Shown here: positions 48,801 through 60,800 of the stretch, piece after piece
Numbering within the stretch: the stretch's first letter is position 1
Layout: every line of letters begins with the position of its first letter
Origin: Macrostomum hystrix
Taxonomy: Eukaryota > Animalia > Platyhelminthes
Assembly (NCBI GenBank): GCA_950097015.1
Contig: CATNEN010000038.1
Coordinates: forward strand, 124,001 to 188,000
DNA: 64,000 nt
Direction of reading: 5' to 3'
Position numbers and translations under genes: made by a program
Notes under the pieces: generated by a model
What the model saw: the letters and a program-made list of their open reading frames with translations, nothing else
The model's database searches: none
Told to the model about the DNA's origin: nothing

Positions 48801-51800
48801 AGGACACAAATTGTTCCAGTGGAGTCGGGAATCGAACCCCCGTCCTTCAAGTCGTGAGTCCGACGCCCTAACCACTAGGCTACAACCTCAGCTAGATTAG
48901 ATTACAACTAGATTACCACTATTAGCATTTTGGTATAAACTTTAGGGCAAGGCACAGCAATGTCACAACATTCTTAGGGAGGTAAGAACATCTTACTCTG
49001 CTTTTTAAAAACCTTTACACTCCATCTAGGACTTGGCCATGGCTTCAGTTGACTTGTTGCTATTTTTAGAACATCTGTGGGGAAACCTAATCACCCTCCA
49101 ACCAGTCACGTGACTCGCTCGCGTCAGCCAATCACAAATTCAAGGTCGGTTTCCAGTTTCTACTACGAAGATGGCTAGTATTTTTCATCCTTCATTTTTA
49201 GAATTGAATTCACATTTAAATGAAATGAAAAAGGCAGTCCGTTTCAGATCTACCAGGATCGGATACACACAAGGATGTTCAAACTTAGTTTTTGAGCTGT
49301 TTAAAACAAAAGCAAGTTTTGTTGGGGAATTAACCCACTCAGGCTCTGCAGCATGGATGGCATCGCCTGAGGTGCCAACACCATTGTTATCCTCGTCAGG
49401 CCGATGATCGGCTCCTTCGCTGTAAGTAAGCAAAATTATTTTACAAAGAAACCATTTAAAATGATTATTTAGCGCATTACGGGTGGTTACTGATTTTGGT
49501 TTTTTAAACTAAATTGGAAAACGAAAAATGATGAGATTCATGCAACTATTTATTATAAAACTGGTAGCGGGTTTTTTCGGATAGGCAGCAGCAACAATGG
49601 AGTGCAAGTAAAGAATCAAATGAAGTTTTCATTTTCATTTTGGTAATATAAAAAGCATGCAAACTAAAATGAACTTGACATTAAAATATTTGTGCAAAAA
49701 ATGAAATTATTATCAATTTACCGTCAAGGGAAATTACTAGACCTACATTTTTTATTTGAACTAGAACTAAAACCTTAGAGACTAGAACTGATTTTTTTCA
49801 GATTGGTCAGGGTGAGAACCGGATTGTTGTCTGATTGGTCTGTAGGGCAGAGTGAAGAAGTGGCTAGTTGTCTGATTGGTCTGCAGGGCAGAGTGAAGAA
49901 GTGGCTAGTTGTCTGATTGGTCTGCAGGGCAGAGTGAAGAAGTGGCTAGTTGTCTGATTGGTCTGCAGGGCAGAGTGAAGAAGTGGCTAGTTGTCTGATT
50001 GGTCAGAGCGGAGTGAAGACGTGGTTGTTGTCTGATTGGTCAGGGCGGAGTGAAGAAGTGGTTGTTGTCTGATTGGTCTGGGCGGAGTGAAGAAGTGGTT
50101 GTTGTCTGATTGGTTTGGGCGGAGTGAAGAAGTGGTTGTTGTCTGATTGGTCTGGGCGGAGTGAAGACGTGGTTGTTGTCTGATTGGTCAGGGCGGAGTG
50201 AAGAAGTGGTTGTTGTCTGGTTGGTCTGGGTGGAGTGAAGAAGTGGTTGTTGTCTGATTGGTCTGGGCGGAGTGAAGAAGTGGTTGTTGTCTGATTGGTC
50301 TGGGCGGAGTGAAGAAGTGGCTAGTTGTCTGATTGGTCAGGGCGGAGTGAAGAAGTGGTTGTTGTCTGATTGGTCAGGGCGGAGTGAAGAAGTGGTTGTT
50401 GTCTGATTGGTCAGGGCGGAGTGAAGAAGTGGCTAGTTGTCTGATTGGTCAGGGCGGAGTGAAGAAGGGACTAGTTGTCTGATTGGTCAGGGCGGAGTGA
50501 AGAAGGGGCTAGTTGTCTGATTAGATTGGGTCTGAGAAGCAGATAATGTTCAGGGTGGAGCCATTTTCACACCAAAATCTGACAATGAAGGCCCTGATTG
50601 TATTTCTGTGACCTTTTTGTCTGCAGCATAATCATATAATGTGTGTTGTGATCTATATAAACTATAACTCTGCTGTTTGTACTGTCGGAAATTTTAGTTC
50701 TACTTATTATGGTCGGCACTGGTCGGATAGCATGGATATTGTAAAATCCTAATTTTGGAGTGTACTTTTCAGTTTAATTGACGCTAATCACTACACAGTC
50801 AAGATGAATATTTATTCAATTCAAAACTAGCTAAGACAAAATTCCATAGACTAAGTTCAAGAGTTCATTCTCAGAAGCGCAGTCAAAATATGCACTTTTG
50901 ATACTTACGAACTTTTCGTTATGAATTTCGGCGGCCTAATTTCGTGTAAATAGTGAAAATGCGTTGGAAATTAGAATGGCAATGTTTGATGTAAAGTGCT
51001 GTTTCAAAGCAGAAATATCGACCTTGTAAGTATTTCTGATGGATTTTTATATCTCCATATGCAGTCATGTAAGCCCAATTAGCAGGTAGTTATAAATTTG
51101 ATGAATATGATGCAAGCGACATGTCCAAGAAATTGTTTTACATTTTCCATTGTTCCGTATTGACCAGTAAAATCTATGTTAAACTGCTTGGGTGCTCATG
51201 CAATAGTCATTGGTTCCAGTAAATATGTCAGCATTTCTGATTACATTTTCTTAAAATAAGCTTTACAAGTAGATATTTTTTTCACAAAACGGCATTGTAA
51301 ATCCCCTGACGTTTAAAGTTAGTTTTTTTATTTCAGCGCGAATCATACTACTCACTTCTCCTGGCCGGGGTAGTACTGCGCAGCTTCTGCTTGCTCATTC
51401 ATGTCCACCGCAACGCCTTCAGTACTTGACGCCTTCATCAATTGTTGCTGCTTCTGCTGCTGCTGCTGATGCTGTAGCTGCTGCTGCTCCTGCTGCAGCT
51501 GCTGCTGTGTAATCGCCTGCTGTCGCTGAGCTTCCTCTTCGGTCAGTTTGAACAGCATTATCTTTGGAATGAACAGCGGGCAGCACATGCCGCACAGGAT
51601 GCCGAATGAGAATCGAGCCATGGCGTTTTTTGGGCTCAGCCGGCCCATCCAGGTGCTGGTGAGGAAGTCCTGGCAGCACGGGTGGGCCATGAACTTGATG
51701 CTCTCCCCCTCAGCGGCCAGATAGATGCACGAGCTGTCGCCGTAGAATGCCAGCTCGCGGTTGATGAGGAACTGGGCGCGGCGCTCATCCTCGCGGTAGC

Positions 51801-54800
51801 ACTGGTCCAGCACGCCCAGAGCGTGATCCTCGAACTGGGCGGCGCCGCGCTGAAAGTCCTCCTTGTCAGTGAAGTCGTCGGTTCTGCCGCCCATGGCTTT
51901 CAGAATCATTGAGGACAGCAGAGCGGCAGCGATCGGCTCCTGGGATTCGGAGTAAAGGCCGTACATAGTACATTGTGGCTTGCGTGTCTATCAGTACATT
52001 AGAAAGCTAACGTTTTCTTTACTTTTCCTTCTTCGTTTTTCTCGACGCAGAACTCATCGGGTTTGACTCGATGGGAACTCCAGGGCGAGTAGACCTCATC
52101 GGGAATGACTCGATGGGAACTCCAGGGCGAGTAGACCTCATCGGGAATGACTCCATGGGAACTCCAGCGCGAGTAGACTTCATCCGGAATGACTCGATGG
52201 GAACTCCTGGGCGAGTAGACCTCATCGGGAATGACTCTATGGGAACTCCAGGGCGAGTAGACCTCATTGGGAATGACTCGATGGGAACTCCTGGGCGAGT
52301 AGACCTCATTGGGAATGACTCGATGGGAACTCCAGGGCGAGTAGACCTCATTGGGAATGACTCGATGGGAACTCCAGGGCGAGTAGACCTCATCGGGAAT
52401 GACTCGATGGGAACTCCAGGGCGAGTAGACCTCATCGGGAATGACTCGATGGGAACTCCAGGGCGAGTAGACCTCATCGGGAATGACTCGATGGGAACTC
52501 CAGGGCGAGTAGACTTCATCGGGAATGACTCGATGGGAACTCCAGGGCGAGTAGACCTCATCGGGAATGACTCGATGGGAACTCCAGGGCGAGTAGACTT
52601 CATCGGGAATGACTCGATGGGAACTCCAGGGCGAGTAGACTTCATCGGTAGTAACTGGAAAAATTGGCAGCGAGAGCGCAAGCAAATTCTGATCCTAATA
52701 TACCCGCTCACCTTCTCCATTGTCCAGAAAAGCTCCGCCATTTGAAGCTTGCCAACAAGCAGGGACCAGATCAGCAGCTCCCTGGCGGGACGCTCAAGTG
52801 TCAGCGATTTGGCTCGGGTCTCTGCAAATCGATTGTTTAATGTCCATCTGGCATGCCTGAGTTCTCTTGGACATTGTGTTTCAGTTTCAGTAGTCTACAC
52901 TCTGACGTCTTTAAAATACCCTTCTGTCTTTAGTGCCATTTAGTGCCATTTAAGCAGGTGTGAGACGTACAGGAAACTAAAAGAACAGCAGAAGCGAAGC
53001 GGCTTACAAAGTATCCAAAGCCATTAAAGACTGCACACTAGACTAAAGGAATCAACTGCAAAGCATTCTTTACGCCAGCAGATTAGTAAAACAACGCGAT
53101 TTTAAACGATTGAAAATTTCAAACACTGATCGATTGATCTCTCATTAAAAGCTTATCTAGCAGTGAATGAATAAAAATCTATAATTTTGTCATCTATTGA
53201 CTGTCTTGTTTTTGTGTTTACAGTACATTGCTGGGGGTGGCAGAGCGGCTAACATGCTTCTGCAAATAGCGCAATTTGCATACAGTACATGCAGTACTTT
53301 AGTACTTACAAGACAAATACGTCTCCATATAGATTTTTATTCATCCAGTGAGGCATAATCGAGTGAGTAAAGAGTTATTCAAATATTCGAGTAGTATTTC
53401 TTCAGCAAGTTCAGTAAGTGAGAAGACAGAAGACGAAAATTTAGTGACGAATATTGTTAGACGAGTACGTTCCCGCTTTCCGCGAAAGACAACCAAAGAG
53501 GAATTTAAACAAGAAAATTATGTTGACCATGACGCATGTTTAGAACATTGCGGCCTGCTATTGTACCTTCCACTTCCACAAGCTTTTGGTGGTGATCAGC
53601 TAGAAACGCCAACGAGCAATAGGTTATTTTAACAAATGCGTCTTGACAAGTTTTTTGGATTTGTTAAGGGTACATTTCATGGGTACACGTAATACTGGTT
53701 CCAGTACTTGTAAGAACTTTGGATCTAGTTGAATTAATTAAGTAATAAATAAATTTCCTAATAGAAGGCATTCTAAAATTCGATTTCAAGATCCGGAGAG
53801 AAAAAGTGTTGCAATTAAGACAAACGATTAGGAAAAATAATATTATGAAAATTAAATAAATTTTGTTAAAAATAAATTTTATGCAACTCAAGCTGAAAGA
53901 TGTCTTTAGACCAATAAATATGGGAATAGTGCATGGCTGACACACTGATGGAACTGGAAGACAGCAGGTCTGACACACTGATGGAACTGAAAGACAGCAG
54001 GTCTGACACACTGATGGAACTGGAAGACAGCAGGTCTGACACACTGATGGAACTGGAAGACAGCAGGTCTGACACACTGATGGAACTGGAAGACAGCAGG
54101 TCTGACACACTGATGGAACTGGAAGACAGCAGGTCTGACACACTGATGGAACTGAAAGACAGCAGGTCTGACACACTGATGGAACTGAAAGACAGCAGGT
54201 CTGACACACTGATGGAACTGAAAGACAGCAGGTCTGACACACTGATGGAACTGAAAGACAGCAGGTCTGACACACTGATGGAACTGAAAGACAGCAGGTC
54301 TGACACACTGATGGAACTGGAAGACAGCAGGTCTGACACACTGATGGAACTGAAAGACAGCATGGCTGACACACTGATGGAACTGGAAGACAGCAGGTCT
54401 GACACACTGATGGAACTGGAAGACAGCAGGTCTGACACACTGATGGAACTGGAAGACAGCAGGTCTGACACACTGATGGAACTGGAAGACAGCAGGTCTG
54501 ACACACTGATGGAACTGGTGTAAGTGATGGCATCACGCTCTGAGGCACTGATTCATAATTGTCAGATTCAATCGTTCGCAGGTGCCATGGAAAATATACA
54601 TGGGACAATAGGCATACGGTATTTAGATCCATGACAGTACAAGGGTTTAACAAGTACAGCAGGAATAAATTTAGAAAATACCTTCTTCAATCAGCCAGTT
54701 TGAGCTGAAACCTGGGATACCATTCTTTCCACCTCTGCCGCCGCCACCGCCACCACCGCCACCGCCGCCTCCCCCGCCGAGGCTGAGATCACCAGCGGAG

Positions 54801-57800
54801 ACCAGCGACGGCATCGAGGGCAGCTGGGTGTCGAACATGGACGGAGAGATGTTAAGAATCTCCATGAACTCCAGCGAGGAGCGGCGGCGGCGCAGAGGTA
54901 CCGTCGGTATGTGGACGATCGAGTCGTCAGTTAGTGACCGCCCGAGACCGCCTTGATCATTGGTTTGTAAGTGTTGTTTAAGAGGGAAAAATAGATAATC
55001 ATAATTTGCGAATAAAATAACAATCATCTGCATTATTTTACTGTGAGTAGCAATCAGCGCTCAATTACTAAACTAATTTATGCGCGAGGCAGTAATTCAC
55101 GTGCAAAATCATTAAAAAGTGTGCTGCTATGTTATTAATCGAGAAAGTTAATCGTCGGCATGCAAATCTTTATCAAGCTCTGCAGTATTGCAGTATCAAT
55201 AAAGCAACGAGCGATGGCATATCAATACGTTGCACTAGAAGTCTAAAATACAAGTACAACGTACTCAGCTACTGAATGCACTAGTTCGACTATACTAGCG
55301 TGCAGTAAAATTCTTATTTTTTATAAGCACACAGCTGCCGGTTTGACATTTTTCACACCTCCAAACTCAGAGTGACCCCCGTTGGCCGTGAAAGAATATT
55401 TACTCTGAGATGAAATAGCCAATTAGAGAGATAAAACTAAAGAGCCCTAAACTGGAATCAGCCCCCACCCCAGCCGACTAAGGGGTAAGAGATTTTTCAC
55501 GCCTTCTTACCCTCGGCCTGAGCGGGGCTCGGGCCAATCAAGGGTCGCGTCTCGCTAAGCATCGAGGCCAGTTCGGAAAAGCGGGGCTTTGCCTTTCCCT
55601 GGCGTTTGGCGGCACCGCGCCAACGCTGGCCGGCTTGAATTAATGAATATCAAAAAAACAAAACATAATTTTGTCTTTTCGTCTACCACTTTCTTTTAAA
55701 GTCTCAACCTCTTTATCGGAATTCAACACTTGCACAACTATAAAATAGTAAATAACGAGGCATATATAACGTATGCAAAAAGCAACCAAGTACGAATTAC
55801 ATCTATGGCAAAACAATATTCACTTTCCTGACACGCAAAACGAAGACATATACAAATATTTTAACTCATTGGGTTTCTGGCAACGCGACTCTCGCTTATA
55901 TCGCGCAGTTTGACACGTAGTAAATTGTCTCAATCATGCAATTTATATAACAGAACATGAAACATGGTGTGCACTTAAACTTAAGGCTGTCTTAAAACAA
56001 ATTCGATTTTTCTTACTCGCATTTCGTACTGTATAATTCGATTCAAGACTAATGCGTTTAACTGGCAATAACATGGGTAACAAGAGCAAACGCTTGTCAC
56101 AACATTTGTTGCGCAATTTTATTGGTGTTGCATTTTTTTTATCCTATTACCTAAGCGAGCAGGTCGAACAATCCGTGTTATCGATCCGTCAAGGGTGTCT
56201 TATATTAGCAGAAAGTGGAATCGGATCGAATTCTTTGTTAAAAATACTAACTCCACTGATAAAATAAGGATTATTATGCTTTTTAATAACATTTCTGAGT
56301 AACTTCTCTGTAAATTCTACCTATATGTGCGTATAAATGTACTTAGTACAGTGCTTAATCCACCCCGAATCCTTGGTGGCGCCTCCACCCCAAATCCATG
56401 GTGGCGCCTCCACCCCAAATCCATGGTGTCGCTTTGTATTTTTGGAAAGGCAATTATGAGCACCAAACTACAGCCAATCTGCAGCCACTCACCCCTGGAC
56501 ATTGCCAGCCTTCCACCGCTTGCATTGGCGGGCGAGTCCGAGGAACTGTCCATGATTGGGTTCTCATAGCCGCGCGCATTGCTGTCCGAAGTGTCCTCGT
56601 CTGCATGCCCATTTGGAAGGAAATCATGGGCGTTAAAAATCAGTAAGTTATAATCAATAAGACATTGATTGATCTGGGTTCAGTAAAGTGATAAACAGTG
56701 ATAATACACAAAGAAGTGCAGGAATGAAAAGCACTTGCTTAAGGCATAGGATGAAAATAAAGTAGGGAATATACTTGGCAGTTGGGCCAGATGTACATAC
56801 AGCAAGTGGGGCAACCGCAGCTACGAGGGCTGGCAGTTGGGCCAGATGTACATACAGCAAGTGGGGCAACCGCAGCTACCAGGGCTGTCAGTTGGGCCAG
56901 ATGTACATACAGCAAGTGGGGCAACCGCAGCTACCAGGGCTGTCAGTTGGGCCAGATGTACATACAGCAAGTGGGGCAACCGCAGCTACCAGGGCTGTCA
57001 GTTGGGCCAGATGTACATACAGCAAGTGGGGCAACCGCAGCTACGAGGGCTGGCAGTTGGGCCAGATGTACATACAGCAAGTGGGGCAACCGCAGCTACG
57101 AGGGCTGGCAGTTGGGCCAGATGTACATACAGCAAGTGGGGCAACCGCAGCTACGAGGGCTGGCAGTTGGGCCAGATGTACATACAGCAAGTGGGGCAAC
57201 CGCAGCTACGAGGGCTGGCAGTTGGGCCAGATGTACATACAGCAAGTGGGCAACCGCAGCTATACGAGGGCTGGCAGTTGGGCCAGATGTACATACAGCA
57301 AGTGGGGCAACCGCAGCTACGAGGGCTGGCAGTTGGGCCAGATGTACATACAGCAAGTGGGGCAACCGCAGCTACGAGGGCTGGCAGTTGGGCCAGATGT
57401 ACATACAGCAAGTGGGCAACCGCAGCTACCAGGGCTGGCAGTTGGGCCAGATGTACATACAGCAAGTGGGGCAACCGCAGCTGTCAGGAAATTCATGTGC
57501 ATCAAGTCAGAGCTCAGATCTTAAGATGTCACAAGAGACGTGGTTTTTATGCCAAATATTTGATGAGCTGCCCTAGTCTTGCAAACTTTATCGCCATTTC
57601 TTGTCTGAGCTACAGCGATCATCATAAAGAGTTTTGATCCATATGGTGGAGTTTCACTAAAAATCGGTCAGTCATCGATCGACTTGATTTCATGCAAGGC
57701 GTAAATCTCAGGACAAGCCAGCTAGTAGTGGTCCTTGATCACTACACCTAAACCAATTTCTTCTGAAGCGATCGGAAAACAAGCATCGAACCACAAACCT

Positions 57801-60800
57801 ACTATTAGTTCGGAATCCGAAACGTGTAATTAGTTTGTATAATTTCATGCAAAAATGAGTCTTTGTGCAAGTTCAATTAAATTTAACTGGCAGTGTTATC
57901 AGTAAGTGCCGTTACAAATGGACCAACAAAGAATAATTAAAATCAAAATGCGGTTTGAACTCAGTTATGAGTGCAGCAACTTTGCTTTTGCTGCTACTCG
58001 ACAGCATTGGTCATACCGAGTGTGCCGGATCTCAGAAAAACTGCTGTCGAAATTGTGTGCAAGAACTCTAAGTTAGCTCCTAAATGGAAGTCCTGCTTTG
58101 CTTTGCTAGTGCTGAATATTATCAAGGATAAATACAGATCGAGGCTTGAATATTGAATTCTACAACTTGATAATAAAGCGTTAATACTACTAACGAAAGA
58201 AGTAGTAGTTATTTATATCGTAGCTTGTATTATAATCAGCTCAATGCAGTTGAAAAATGATTAAAGTGAATTAGGACACTACAGTAAAGTGTTTCATAGC
58301 CACTAAACTACTTTTTAAATAAAACAATTGAAAACAACAGGGAGTGCAAATTCTATTCATTCCGATGTCAGGCTAAAAAGTCTTAATTTGACCGAATCTT
58401 TCTGCTATAGCCGCGTACCCTCGTCTATGAATCGAATCCCGTCGGAGAAGGTGACGCTCGACTCGGAGCTGATGTGGTGCGCAGCGATGGCGTCTCGCTT
58501 CACGGAGTGCACTTTTAGGGTCGACAGGTAGGGCGGGAGAGAGGTTTCGAGAATTCGAACTGTTTCCTTGTTTGTGTGACTAACGCTAATGCCAAAGCCA
58601 ACGCTAGGGTTTCGAACTCGCGACCTCACGTTCAGAAGTCAGAACTTGTAGCCAAACACTGGGCATAACGATCCCCTAGTTACTAATACACGCATAAAAA
58701 ACTCTGAAAACAAGAAATAAATAAACTTGAATTGGATTTCATTCTGTCTAAATGCAGTTAGACTTAAAGATTAGCACGACAAACGGTACACAAGGATTAA
58801 ATTAGTTATAATAAATACAGAATTCTAGGCTTAAAACAACAGCTCTCACTTGCTATGTTATTCAAGTTCGCCGTTTTCCTGGTACGGACTGAATTCAAAC
58901 AAACCGGTAAATTAATTTATTAGTTAATTTGTTTCGTAACAATGACACTATGCGTGCAAAATGATACTAGCCACAACAATTGGTGACAGTGGACCCGCAG
59001 CCAATAAGGAGGCAATTCTGCCAATTCCGGTAAGCATGCACACGCACACAGATACTGTACGCAGACACACACGCACACAGGTGTGTACATCTGCTCTGAC
59101 TTTCCCACTGTCTGGCAGTGTACACTCTCACTGTGTGCCTTGCGAGTTGGCCCTCAAGGGCGTAAATCTCAGGACAAGCCGCGAGCCCAGGGACTTTTTG
59201 GTCTTTGGAACGAGAGGCACACGCGTTAACCGCTCTGCCACTCGCCCATCTTGTACTGTGAAGCGAAATCGGCCGTCAAGGATTTGCCCACAGGTCGCGA
59301 GTGCGACATCCTTCGACAAACCAAGCCCATGCACTGCGCGGCTGACTCACCTCGGCCGCTAAAGTTGATGGGCGACCTGTCATACTCGCAGATCTCCAGC
59401 TGAGTCTCCTGACCGCCCGGCTGGCCCTGCAGACGCCGCCGCTTCGGCACCGACTGAGGCAGGTTGTCGACGGCGACTCTGGCGCCGCCCGCTGAGCCCG
59501 ACGGGTGATCGCCAGCTGAGGCGCCGCCGCTCTTGGTGAAGAAGTACGCTGGCAGGTAGCCAGTTTGAGCTGTCTGCACCAGAGCTGCATTCGGAGGGTT
59601 GGGTCAAATTTGAGTTCTCTCTACTCACTTTGAGTCCACTTTACTCAATTAGAGTCCAATCTAACTCACTTGGAGTCCAATCTACTCACTTGGAGTCCAA
59701 TCTACTCACTTGGAGTCCAATCTACTCACTTGGAGTCCCATCTACTCACTTGGAGTCCAATCTACTCACTTGGAGTCCACTCTACTCACTTGGAGTCCAC
59801 TCTACTCACTTGGAGTCCACTCTACTCACTTGGAGTCCACTCTACTCACTTGGAGTCCACTCTACACATCCTTCAAGCCTGCTCATTTAGCTTGCTTATC
59901 TAGGCTGCCCAATTCCTGAAAGTGTTTAGACTCAGTTTTCTTACCCTTAGTTGTGCTCTGATCCACAGGACTCTGAGCAGGGACTAGAGATTTAGTGTAG
60001 TTCTTCTCAAAGTCCTTCTTGGTGTACAGTGGCTGGTAGAAGTCGCCAACAAGCACCTTGATCACCTTGCCCACTTCGCGCAGTTTTACTTTTTTGCTGT
60101 TCTGAATTTGTGTTGAGTTGGAAATTGCAGACCGAATTAAAAGCAAATTTTGGCCCTTCAAACTTGATCTAACGTGTTCGAACAAAATATTTAGAAACAA
60201 AAATGAGTGATGTGCTTTTTCATGCAACTACAGCAGTTGCGGAACAAATTGCGAGTAAAAATGAATACATTAGTATAAACTAAAATTGGTTAAAACAAAT
60301 TGTTCATTTTAGAAAGCGTCATTTAAAAATGCAACTGAAATTCGACAACTTTTGTCGCACAAGAAAAACTCTCGCATGCACTTTCAGTAGTATATACAAT
60401 TTTCGATTAAATTATAAACATGTGCGATTTGTGGGCAAAGCAACAATTGTCTGTGCTGCTGCAGCGGTAGGCACTCGCTGCCAACTTGCATTCACTTATA
60501 ATGTGCGGCTGAAAATAAAAATAAGTGTTTAAACACTCGCAGAAATAGCAACTCGAATGACAATTTCGATTTTGGTTATGTTGGTTCATGTGTGATGAGA
60601 GACCCATCGATTGCTCTGCTCGATAACATGAAACTTTTAAACAGCTAGCAAATCAAAGAATAGAAAAAAATGAAAACAGAGAAAAGTACATGATGCAGCT
60701 ACTTGCAGTAGAATAGTTGGTCTCTAGAAATATAAGTACAACTACTTTCGTTTCACCTTTCGGTTAGCCTGATCTTTTGAGCCCCACATGGCATAGCCCT

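Noticed and set aside
51999-57637. ORFs over the 42-, 33- and 55-bp arrays (including the Cys-rich CQTCC repeat)
   Set aside because: Intronic satellites that are open in multiple frames.
58600-58665. tRNA-like fragment on the minus strand
   Set aside because: It has a B box but no complete cloverleaf, so it is probably a decayed SINE head.
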